Below are positions 52,634-64,000 of a stretch of 64,000 bases of DNA, piece by piece; the stretch's first letter is position 1, and every line of letters begins with the position of its first letter. The stretch is from Octopus sinensis (taxonomy: Eukaryota), in the NCBI RefSeq assembly GCF_006345805.1, contig NC_043012.1, positions 21,266,001-21,330,000 on the forward strand, read 5' to 3'. Below the pieces are notes generated by a model that did no database searches, was not told the DNA's origin, and worked only from the letters and a program-made list of their open reading frames with translations. The position numbers and the translations under genes are program-made.

Positions 52634-55600
52634 GTATTGTTCATACTTCAAAATATAGAAATTGTTTCTAGTTTAGGAATACGGCCAGCAGTTTTGAGAG
52701 GTTTTTGGTAGATTAATCCGATTTAAGTAGCCCTAAGTGACGAAAAGCAAAACTGATGTCGGCAAGATTTGAACTCTGAAACGGCCGGAAGAAAACTTCA
52801 AATAATAAAACCAATGATCGAAGCCAATAAAAGTGTAAAACTATATTTGTTGGCATACTTGGCGATTCGGCAAAAGAGATTAATAGAATAAGAACCTGAC
52901 ATTAAAAACATAAGTAGTGGGGTCAATTCGTTCGACTAAAACCCTTCAATGCGGTGCCCCAGCATGGTCGCTGTCCAATAACTGAGGAAACATAAAATTA
53001 CGAATTATGTGGAACAAAAGTCAAGCCTCCAACAATCGGCGACCAACCTTAGACCATTTTCATTTTCTTTATGTCGATAATGCTCTTCAGAAAAAGCATG
53101 AGAGCTGCAACATCCTATTCTAAAGATAAGTTTTCTGTTTAGCAAAATAGTACAGTTTGTTTTGCAGACAGAAGAAACCGTTAAAATTCAAATCGCTAAT
53201 TAAGGTAATTTCCAGTTTATTTTACGTTGCTTGATGTCTTTAAGATGAAAATAAGAAAAATACATTTTCTGTTTCCCCTCTATCTCTCTCCATCTGCAAA
53301 CTATTGTGAAATGGCAAATGGTCACGAAGAAACTAAGATTTATTTTTAAAATATTAAAGAATAAATTATTTCATAAATTACGAATAAAGAAAAAGACATT
53401 TCAAACATTTAAATGAAATATCAGATCTAAATATTAAAAAAATCTCAATCGTTATATTTGTGATGGTTCATGATTAAAAATAGAAATATTTAAATCGTTC
53501 ATATCATCTAATTTATTTGAAAACTCTAGTGCAGCTCACAGCAACTTTTCCCTCCTACCAAAACAATAACGACCGTCACCGATTTTCTCGTATGGTGCAG
53601 GCTTACTGTTTTCCTAAGCTAGAATCAACTGCGTCAATCTGTTGATATTTCTTCCCTCCCTATTCATCGACCTCATTATAAAAATAGATATTAACATATT
53701 TCATTTAAATGAACTGTATTTATTATACAGGGTATCTGTCATTGTCAACGATTACACCCGTTACTCAAGCTGTTGTTTAACAAGTCTTCGTTATTAAGTG
53801 AAATCTTCTGCTATCAAAACTTTCTGGCTGACAAGGATGTCATGGTTGTTTATATTTCAATCTGTTGCGGGAAGATAGTCTCCTCAAACATGTCCGGAGT
53901 ATCCGGTTGTGAGTACTATCGGATAATGAGAAATTGACGAAGTTCACAATCTACAAAGTTTATATGGAGATGTTATAGGGGGTTGTGTGACGGTCTTGTC
54001 TTTCCCAGAAGCGATATTGATGAAAGGAAAACAAAATGTAAACACTGGAAAATGGAACTTGGAATACTTCTAATCGTTGGTAATTACCTCATCTCTAATA
54101 GGAATTTTTTACAATAACCCAAGGAGGAATATTTATAAGGGGAATTGATAGTAAAATCTCTTGTCTTTTAAACTGGCCTCAATACATGGGTGATACAATT
54201 TTGACTCCGTTGAGAATTCAGAACCCCTAAAGGAATTTCGAACTCAAAACATACAGGAATACAACTAAATACTTTCGTGGGTACAGAATTGGCATAGATC
54301 TACAACTATTTCTCCATTTAGAAAAGAATAATCACAAAGAAATAACATTGAACACCCAAACTGGAATCGAAATACATATGATGCTACCATTTATATCAAA
54401 GGGAACTTACCCAATATCTCTTAGTAGCCGATGGACCCAGCGTTGCTGCCGAATATGCAAAAACAGTTTTCCTCCGTTAATCTAAATTACTTACCTTACA
54501 ACAAGTTATGCAGCGAATTGGTAGAATCCTACAGCTAATAAGCGCCTAAACAAATAAAATTTCAAGCAGGACGCCGTATGAGATTTGTGCCGACTCTACG
54601 CTCCGAGTTCAAATCCTGCATAGGTCAACTTTGCCTTTCATTCTTTCAGGTTCCATCAAAAATTGTCTAATTCAGAACAGTGGATTGGTGGAATGGTAAG
54701 AATGTTAGACTGGATGCCTCGCAGTATTTGTTCTGGTTTTCTGTGTTCTAAGTTCAAATCTGCCATGACCTACTTAAGTGGCAGATTTAATCCGTCGCCC
54801 AGTTTCTTACCATTTCGTGGCATCTTAGGTGCCTTTAGCAGAGTCGACTATGTTGCAAGTATTCAAACTAGGTCGTTGTTGAAGGGGAATTTCTTCCTTC
54901 CTGCCTCCCCATTAGTCTCGGGGACCCTGAAAGGGGTCATAAGCGATGCTTTTATCCCTTGGATTAAAAGACCTAAGAAGCGTTTATGCTGTTCTTTATG
55001 CACTACTTGTGTGTGCGTATTTGTGTATATGTGAGGTCACGTAGTCAGAAGTTTAAAGTATATGGCTCTTGATCGCAAGAACGTGGGTTCGATTTCTAGA
55101 CCTCGTTGTCATGTGTGTTCTTCAGTAGAGCACTTTGTTTCGCGTTGCTTCGCTCTACTTTACTGAAGAATGAGTTCTATCCAGAGCGCTATCTGTCAAC
55201 ATCCTGGAGGTACCTCAAAGTGAACAGTGACGAGTTTTCTCACCACTCTTCATAACAAGTAATAAAACTTAAGACAAAAACATAAATTGTTCGATTTTTT
55301 CGTCGTAGCTTCTATACTAGAAAAGCGCTTCAAAAACTAAGTTTAGACACAGAAGGAATTTATGGAAACGATGAAGCATATTAGTTATAGGATAATTAAT
55401 TTAAAGAAATTTAATATTCAAACGGACGCATAGAGTTCAGATTTCTTTTTTCACCAGAATATAAATACTTTCCATTCTCCTATTAGCCTCGGAATCTTTT
55501 TAAAACATCATAGATGCTGTCCTTCTTTGCCTGACAAAAGCAAGATTCATGGTGGTTCAGAAGTAAAGCACATACATAGTATGAGAACATTACAGAAACT

Positions 55601-57344
55601 AACATCTCCACTAAGATTATCAAGCTGTGATTCTAGAATCGATTTTAAAATGAGAAGCCATGATAAAGAGATGTATAAAATATTCGATTGATTTTCTTTT
55701 TACAGCACGTCTAACAAAATGTAAATGTTAAATAATTCATCGACCAAGCAATAAATATATATAAAACTCATACTGGTTCATTACTTGATTGCTTCTAAGA
55801 TCATTCGCCTTCTTTAGATAGACAATTTTTTTACTTCTTTGCTTATATTTTATTGTATAATTTATTTGTTCGGGTGTTACGAGTTTCACTAATTTCGTTT
55901 AGTGTACTCTGGTCTGGTCATACGGGGGTACGGTCTTCCACAATAAAGTCGATTTTGTCGACCACAGAAAGAAATCAAGAAAAGAGAACATGGCCGATAT
56001 TTGAATTCAAAAGGTAAGTAGGTTACGACGACGAGGGTTCCAGTAGATCCGATCAACGGAACAACTTGCTCGTGAAATTAGCGTGCAAGTGGCTGAGCAC
56101 TCCGCAGACACGTGTACCTTTTAAATAGTTCCCGTGGAAATTCAGCATGAAACAGAGTGTGACCAGACTAGCCCTTTGAAATACAGGTACAACAGAAACA
56201 GGAGGAAAGAGTGAGAGAAAGTTGTGGTAAAAGTCTTCAGTAGGGTTCACCACCACCACCTGCCGGAGCCTCGTGGAGCTTTAGGTGTTTTTTCGCTCAA
56301 TAAACACTCACAACGTCCGGTCTGAGAATCGAAACCGCGATCCTACGACCGCGAGTCTGCTGCCCTAACCACTGGGCCATTGTGCCTAAGGAGGTGTAAC
56401 TAAATGTCACAACATATTTTGTCGCCGATTTTGTCATCAATCCGCCAAATTGTTTTGAGAAAGAGAACAAATATTTAAATGTATTTAATGGTAACAACTG
56501 TCCTTTGTCATTAACAATTGCAATGAAGTCACACCATTGTATGCAAAAATAAGAGTGAAATGTTTGGCTGCTTGTTGCATTCAAGAATAAATGGCTTCGA
56601 AATTATAATCACTAAATAAATACGTATATTCCCACACGAACTGAATGCTAACATTTATAAAGTAAAATATATTCGTGTGTTGTGAGAAAGAGTGAATACT
56701 TACGTCTCCGGGGGGAGTTAACTTCGAAGGTATGAATAAAATTGACACCCACATGGGTGGAATATCTTTAGTAATTTCATCTTAAATTGAAATTTGTTCC
56801 GAGAACAATTAAGTACAAAACGTATGTGTGTGTGTGCGTGCATGCGTGTGTGTGTGGTGTGTGTGTGGTGTGTGTGTGAGTGTCATATAGAATACAATAA
56901 ATAAAAAAAACGAAACCCCGTAAACCTAAATAAATAGCTAAAAGTCACGAAGCAAAATTAGGTTTGCCAATTTATTTAAATAAAATATGTTTTTGCTGAC
57001 GTACTCAAAAACAGTGCCCTTTATTTCATATCACTTCAGTTCACTGAGGTCAGTGACTGCTGGCGAGATTGATCCTGCAGTGGACTGGTGTCCCGTTAAA
57101 GTTAGGTTAAGCTCCGGACTAATGAGCCTTTAGAGTCGAGACAGACCAACCTTTTTTTCAAAACAACACTCGTGCAGTGATATATGTTTGTGTGTGCGTA
57201 TATACATATACGGCACATCTATTTATATGCATTTATATCTATCCTTTGGTATTATTGAAAATAAACAAAACATTTACTGGGGGGGGGCTATACTTGTGTG
57301 TGTATGTGTACGTGTGTTTGTGTGTGTCGAGTAAAGTTTATTGA

Positions 57345-57744
57345 TAACTAGCAGTATCGCCCGGCGTTGCTCGGGTTTGTAAGGGAAATAACTATATAAG
57401 CATTTTAGAGATGTAAAGTATAATAGCCATCTCAATATGGCTAACCACAAAGGGGGGGGGTTACTGTAGCTTTTTACGTTCTGAGATTTAATAATACATT
57501 TTTAGAGAGTTACTTCCCTTATACATGCCAAAAATGCATTAAAAATGGGGAAAAATTGATGGTAAATTATTTTTAAAATCGTAGACTCATCGTAGACGCG
57601 CGCTAATACCCAGAAGGGCTCGATATGAATCACGACTACAAGATACCCGGTTTTAGTTAAACTGCACCGCAAAATGTGGGAGTAGTTAGGAATCTAAATC
57701 GTAGGAGACAAACAGCACACAACCTCACTTTTATATATAAAGAT
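57345..57744 (+). mobile_element. Non-autonomous Helentron/DINE-1-like element
   Basis: Starts ACTAGCAGTATCGCCCGGCGTTGCTCGGG (subterminal hairpin) and ends ACAGCACACAACCTCACTTTTATATATAAAGAT, the end architecture typical of HINE/DINE-1 elements. Internal GCCATCTCAATATGGCTAACCAC..GTTACTGTAGCTTTT is shared with the 37.6-38.4 kb foldback. Confidence 0.55.
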
Positions 57745-58362
57745 ATTGTTCTGGTTCGGATTTCAAGTTTCGCCTTGTTGAACCAGTGAAGTTTGAGGAC
57801 GTAAATTCCCCGTGTATCCAGAAATCAGACAATTTTTCATAAAAAGAAAGGTTCACATAAGAAGGAAACTATGGTTATTGATTTAAGAAATATAATAATG
57901 AAGAAGAGATAAAAGTAGAGAAAGAAAGAAGAGATTGGTATCACAGGGTGGAAGAACAGGTTGTTTTTGTCTGCAGATAGGTAGGTAGGTTAAAGGTCAA
58001 GTGTCTTCAAAATAATTAATGTATCCTTAGATCAGGTCGAATGCCAGAAGAACCTAACAGCGGGGTAAAATAGTTTAGATACAGCCTGGTAACCACACAT
58101 ACAGACACACACGCACATGTACACGTACAAACACTAACAGGAAAAGCAGAAAATGCAAACTACACAAAGTTTGTCTAGGGCCATGTGGATGTATTAGATT
58201 CTAAAGCAACTGCAACTTCATTCCCAAGCAACTGCAACTGGTGCGTTGAAGCTGTTTTCAAGAACTCTCTTCATAGCGTACTACCATCAGTAAGCTTCAA
58301 AAAAGTAGCTGGTGTCATGGTACCAATTCCTTCTATATTGCGGTCTACATTGTGGGTATTTA

Positions 58363-58626
58363 GTATGCCCTTAACTCTGCTAATGAACTTCTAAAAGCGC
58401 CATCGTGATCAATGGGCATTTTTTCCAGATAGAAATTGAATGGCCGAAAATAAGATTGGTAAGAAACGCCACCAATACGGTACTGCTGCGTTTTTTATTC
58501 ATTCAATTTCTATCTGGAAAAAAAAAATTGGCTGAGTTCAGACCTGAAGAGGTTTAAAATGCTTCAAACAAAGAGTGAGTCAAACGACGGCGCCCCTAGG
58601 AACTTTATTAAGAGTTAAGGGCATAC
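58363..58626. mobile_element. 264-bp TA-flanked MITE-like foldback with a nested perfect 24-bp inverted repeat
   Basis: TA|GTATGCCCTTAACTCT ... AGAGTTAAGGGCATAC|TA, with imperfect complementarity extending to ~45 bp. Inner inverted repeat at 58419-58442 / 58500-58523. Confidence 0.65.
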
Positions 58627-58989
58627 TATACATACACACACCTACACCCATCATTCTTTCTCTCTCTTTCTCTCTCTCTCTTTCTCTCTCTCTCTTTCTC
58701 TCTCTCTCTTTCTCTCTCTCTCTTTCCCTCTCTCTCTAGTGGCCTAATATTTAGAAGGTTGCACTCGCGACCGCAAGATCTAGGTTTCAATTCCCACACT
58801 CGGCGGTACGTAGTGTTCTTCAGCAAAATACTTTGATCTACGATCGCTTTGGCATCTGATGTATGGAACACCGTGCAACTGTACAGGCAAAGTCGATTTG
58901 ATTGAGTGGGGGGTAAACTAATGTGCAGCACAAACACTTTGTGCAGGTTGTGTGTGTGCGCGCGTGTGTATCTATGTATGCGTATGTGA

Positions 58990-59031
<42 letters not shown>

Positions 59032-59357
59032 TATATATGTATGTATACACATATGTATGTATGCATGAATGTATGTATGCATGTATGTATGTATGTATGT
59101 ATGTATAATTCTTGTACTTATTTCAGTCATTTGACTGGGGCCATTCTGGAGCATCACCTTTTAGTCGAAGAAATTAACCCCAGGAATTATTCTTTGTAAT
59201 CCTGGTACTTATCCTATCGGTATCTTCTGCCGAACCCTTAGTTTACGGGAACGTAAACACACCAGCATCGGTTGTCAAGCGATAGTAGGCGACAAGCACA
59301 GACACACAAATACACACACACACACACTCACACACACACACACACACACTCACACAC

Positions 59358-59419
<62 letters not shown>

Positions 59420-59533
59420 AACAGAGACAGAGACAGGCAGAACCAGGGAAGGTGCCACTTGTATTGAACACTCTACAAATATTCTTTTAAAGGGAGTTTT
59501 CTTTTAATTTTTCTAAATTTAATTGTTTAGTTG

Positions 59534-59575
59534 TTACAGTTGAAAAAGTCTCAATGACTGAAACCGGTACTGAAA
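59534..59575 (+). ncRNA. Minimal type-I hammerhead ribozyme, U3-A8 compensatory core variant
   Basis: TTACAG TTGAAAA AGTC tcaat GACT GAAA CCGG TA CTGAAA: stem I (3 bp, one mismatch, 2 bp), core UUGAAAA, 4-bp stem II, palindromic ACCGGT helix III, GUA site. Sits in a ~210-bp cassette (~59420-59625) between TA runs. Confidence 0.65.
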
Positions 59576-59635
59576 TGTTTTTTTATAAAATAATTTTAGC
59601 ATTTTCTATCTTGTCTTTTTTTCCATATACATATA

Positions 59636-59709
<74 letters not shown>

Positions 59710-59744
59710 GGTAAGAAAGTTGGTATGTGAAAGCACGTGGTTGA

Positions 59745-60062
59745 ATATATAGAAAATAGTAAAAAGTGAAAAAACTACAGAAGGCTTGTTTTAAAAGGTT
59801 AAAAAATATATATTTGAGTCAATATGTCTGAAGAATGTTATAAATTTTTTTCATACAATGACATAATTTAGAATAAATGACGGTTTCGCGTTCAGCTTTC
59901 CAAATTTCTTAAATCGTTATGTTTACGTTGAGCAACGTAAACATGTCATTGTATGAAAAAAATTTATAACATTCTTCAGACATATTGACTCAAATATATA
60001 TTTTTTAACCTTTTAAAGCAAGCCTTCTGTAGTTTTTTCACTTTTTACTATTTTCTATATAT
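59745..60062. repeat. Foldback with 120-bp arms (1 mismatch) and an inner perfect 12-bp hairpin; second copy at ~60892-61210
   Basis: Arms 59745-59864 and 59943-60062; hairpin ATGTTTACGTTG-AG-CAACGTAAACAT at 59919-59944. Confidence 0.9.
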
Positions 60063-60063
60063 A

Positions 60064-60113
<50 letters not shown>

Positions 60114-60119
60114 TTATGT

Positions 60120-60150
<31 letters not shown>

Positions 60151-60155
60151 TTATG

Positions 60156-60205
<50 letters not shown>

Positions 60206-60515
60206 ACACATATGTATGTATGCATGAATGTATGTATGCATGTATGTATGTATGTATGTATGTATAATTCTTGTACTTATTTCAGTCATTTGACTGGGGC
60301 CATTCTGGAGCATCACCTTTTAGTCGAAGAAATTAACCCCAGGAATTATTCTTTGTAATCCTGGTACTTATCCTATCGGTATCTTCTGCCGAACCGTTAG
60401 TTTACGGGAACGTAAACACACCAGCATCGGTTGTCAAGCGATAGTAGGGCGACAAGCACAGACACACAAATACACACACACACACACTCACACACACACA
60501 CACACTCACACACAC

Positions 60516-60577
<62 letters not shown>

Positions 60578-60689
60578 AGAGACAGAGACAGGCAGAACCA
60601 GGGAAGGTGCCACTTGTATTTGAACACTCTACAAATATTCTTTTAAAGGGAGTTTTCTTTTAATTTTTCTAAATTTAATTGTTTAGTTG

Positions 60690-60731
60690 TTACAGTTGAA
60701 AAAGTCTCAATGACTGAAACCGGTACTGAAA
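60690..60731 (+). ncRNA. Second, identical copy of the U3-A8 hammerhead, inside the tandem duplication
   Basis: Identical 42-nt sequence at offset +1156. Confidence 0.6.
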
Positions 60732-60780
60732 TGTTTTTTTATAAAATAATTTTAGCATTTTCTATCTTGTCTTTTTTTCC

Positions 60781-60858
<78 letters not shown>

Positions 60859-61199
60859 TAAGAAAGTTGGTATGTGAAAGCACGTGGTTGAATATATAGA
60901 AAATAGTAAAAAGTGAAAAAACTACAGAAGGCTTGTTTTAAAAGGTTAAAAAATATATATTTGAGTCAATATGTCTGAAGAATGTTATAAATTTTTTTCA
61001 TACAATGACATAATTTAGAATAAATGACCGGTTTCGCGTTCAGCTTTCCAAATTTCTTAAATCGTTATGTTTACGTTGAGCAACGTAAACATGTCATTGT
61101 ATGAAAAAAATTTATAACATTCTTCAGACATATTGACTCAAATATATATTTTTTAACCTTTTAAAGCAAGCCTTCTGTAGTTTTTTCACTTTTTACTAT

Positions 61200-61272
<73 letters not shown>

Positions 61273-61386
61273 ATATATTATATATATATATATTTATTTA
61301 TTTATGTTTATATATATATATATATTTTCATAAAGCTTCCCGTTATATATATATATATATATATATACGACGGTTTTTTTTCAGTA

Positions 61387-61525
61387 CTGATAAGGAAAGA
61401 AATGGAACAACAATTAACAATTAGAAGTTCATAATTGGTATCAAATGGTCAATGAAGCTATGACCATTTAATACCAATGATCAACTTCTAGTTCTTAACT
61501 GTTGTCCCAATTCTTTTCTTATCAG
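61387..61525. repeat. 65-bp imperfect hairpin with a 9-nt loop
   Basis: 61387-61451 versus the reverse complement of 61461-61525: 56/65 matches, no gaps. Confidence 0.85.
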
Positions 61526-61679
61526 CATATATTAAACCACGGTTTTGCCATTTAAATTACCAACTACTGTTAACCTTATAGCAAGGCCTATACATAGTTA
61601 GGTAATACACCAGTAGTTCCTACGGATAAATTAATCCCTTAGACGGTTGCATAACCTCTAACTCATAATTTTTCTGTAC

Positions 61680-61716
<37 letters not shown>

Positions 61717-61809
61717 GTGGGGCAATGTAAATTAATGACATGTTTCCGCTGCTATTTGTGTTACAGAATCTTTGATACTCCATCATTTACGGTATATATT
61801 ACATATCTA

Positions 61810-62040
61810 TTTCTTTACTACCCACAAGGGGCTAAACACAGAGGGGACAAACAAGGACAGACATAGGCATTAAGTCGATTATATCGACCCCAGTGCGTAA
61901 CTGGTACTTAATTTATCGACCCCGAAAGGATGAAAGGCAAAGTCGACCTCGGCGGGATTTTGAACTCACAACGTAACGGCAGACGAAATACCGCTAAGCA
62001 TTTCGCCCGGCGTGCTAACGTTTCTGCCAGCTCGCCGCTT
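61810..62040 (-). mobile_element. SINE family A, full length. Further decayed A copies at ~480-705(-), 1525-1625(-), 28940-29030, 33215-33330, 43000-43170, 43270-43400(-), 54560-54660
   Basis: Consensus-like body; the decayed copies retain TTTCATCCTTTC / GAAAGGATGAAAGG. Confidence 0.85.
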
Positions 62041-62521
62041 TATATATTATATAATTATATATATTACATATAACAGAATAAATCCGATGAGACTTCTGCA
62101 AGATTTCCTTTGTTGCTTTGTTTTGTTTTGTTTTGTTTTGTTTTTCTTGTATTTATTATGTTGAAAATTTTATTCCTAAAAATTTACAAAAAAAGCTAAC
62201 TTTAAATACATAGATAAGGTGATCCACGTAAGTTTACTTCATGAAAGAAACGTGATTAAAGATATAAGCTAAAGTTGTGTGGGTGTAAGAAGATTAACCT
62301 TAATTCTGCCAAGACATGGCTGACATGAGTGTGCAATAAACACGTAACACAAGAGAGCTCTGAGTGTTGATGTATGCGGCTATTCATTTAGTTGAAAAAT
62401 TCCTTGAATATATGCACACTCATACATGCATAGAAGCAAACGTGAATGTATGTATAAACATATATAGTCATTTATACGTGAATGCACCCCCCCACACACA
62501 CACATCTAGACACACCCTATG

Positions 62522-62558
<37 letters not shown>

Positions 62559-62636
62559 ACAGGCAAACAAACAGACAGACAGACAGACAGACAGACGGAC
62601 AGACAGACACACAGACACACAGACTGACAGACAGAC

Positions 62637-62722
<86 letters not shown>

Positions 62723-62805
62723 CAGATAGTCAGACAGACAGACAGAAAAACAGACAGACAGATACATACATACATAATACATACATACATACATACATAC
62801 ATACA

Positions 62806-62839
<34 letters not shown>

Positions 62840-62844
62840 AGCAT

Positions 62845-63097
62845 ATCTTGTATCTTTTATCTTGAGCTTGTTTAAGTCCTTAGACTGTGGCCATGCTGGG
62901 ACACCGCCTTCAAGAATTTTTAGTCGAATAAATCGACCCCAGTAGTTTTTTAAACCTGCTACTTATTCTATCGATCCTTTTGCCGAAGTGCTAAGTTACG
63001 AGAACGTAAAAACACCAACGCAGATTGTCAATCGGTGGAAGGAGGACAAACACATACGAAGACACATACATACATAGATATATACATACATACTCAC

Positions 63098-63137
<40 letters not shown>

Positions 63138-63156
63138 GCGTATGTGTGTATGTATG

Positions 63157-63197
<41 letters not shown>

Positions 63198-63370
63198 GTG
63201 TGTGTATGACAGGCTTCTTTTAGTTTCCGTCTACCAAATCCACTCGCAAGGCTTTGGTTGGCCCGAGACTATAGTATAAGACACTTGCCCAAGGTTCCAC
63301 GCAGTGGGACTGAACCTGGAATCATGTAGTTGAAAGGCAAGCTTGTTACTACACAGCCACACCTGCGCCT
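62845..63370 (-). mobile_element. SINE family B. Other B copies or fragments at ~1310-1445, 5690-6000, 11165-11520(-), 12955-13455, 15293-15695, 17088-17398(-), 20995-21058(-), 25440-25745, 28027-28250(-), 45090-45330, 46455-46715, 52850-52990, 59110-59330(-), 60268-60490(-)
   Basis: Shared head, central CTTAGCGGTTCGGCAAAA block and/or CAGCATGGCC.CAGTC....GACTGAAAC tail. Confidence 0.85.
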
Positions 63371-64000
63371 ATATATACATAAATATATATAAACATACGC
63401 GCGTGCGGGCACACATACACAGAGTTTATAGTTTTAGTTTATACATATATAGAGACAGACAGACTGATTTTAGTTTTTTTATGGTACAATAATATGAAAG
63501 CTTTTAATATAATTTTGTGTTGCCTACGTGTAATATGTGATACAGAGTGAATAATTCTACTCTTAATAATCTTGGATTTAAAATCCTCCAAATCCAATTT
63601 GTATTTGCATCCAAAGCAAAGAATATATATATATATATAAGGTAAGCTAAGACACCATGAAACAGATTCTAATGGAACCAGCAGCAGCAGCGACTCATGC
63701 AACGACGTCATCATAGAATACAACAGATAGTCGCAAAACTTAACATATAAGACAAACTTAAAAGGCTCACTAGAATTCCATTAGCTTCGAGAATGACAAC
63801 AAAAAGTGGGGTTCGAAATCACTTAAAAGAAGATTAATAATGTAAAGAGATGATCTTGATATATTTAGTAAACCTAGCGCTGGTTGAGATTGGTCTGTAA
63901 ACTTGAATTTGCGCGATTTTATATAGTCTAATAGCACCGGAAACAAATTTATCCAATTCGATATCATTGATGATATCGTTTCCATGAGCCGAGATCTAAA

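Larger units (their letters stand above)
59030..61340 (+). repeat. ~1.16-kb direct tandem duplication (two near-identical units)
   Basis: The SINE-B fragment, hammerhead cassette and foldback recur at offset ~1156-1159. Outside the microsatellites, the differences seen are mostly single-base homopolymer indels. Confidence 0.9.

Noticed and set aside
53730-53940. ~70-codon stop-free frame after TTATACAG (possible exon) in a repeat-poor stretch
   Set aside because: No polypyrimidine tract, no clear donor site and no recognisable protein motif.

Overview
AT-rich, microsatellite-saturated eukaryotic DNA with no supportable host protein-coding gene. Nearly all ORF-track entries are translations of (TA)n/(CA)n/(TAGA)n runs or of SINE bodies. 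The repeat content is most consistent with an octopod cephalopod (Octopus-like) intergenic or intronic region; this is an inference from repeat families, not a database match. Contents: more than 40 tRNA-derived SINE copies or fragments from about four head types with shuffled 3' modules; decayed non-LTR retroelements (two CR1/L2-type 3' ends, RTE, a Penelope-like RT split by a mariner); DNA elements (deleted mariner, pogo/Tigger-like MITE, TA-flanked MITE, Helentron/DINE-like element); several long foldbacks; a ~1.16-kb tandem duplication; and a 100-N gap. The most interesting signal is a set of short (~200 bp) cassettes, most of them between (TA)n runs, carrying minimal type-I hammerhead ribozyme folds with palindromic helix III. 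These include an intact canonical copy fused to a tRNA-like head in a head-to-head palindrome (17.6-18.1 kb), and a U3-A8 compensatory core variant (59.5 and 60.7 kb). Second, a CR1/L2-type LINE 3' end at 36.8 kb shares its terminal ~50 nt, including a covarying stem-loop, with the most abundant SINE, which points to that SINE's partner LINE. All family names come from motif recognition by eye, and no ribozyme activity is demonstrated.
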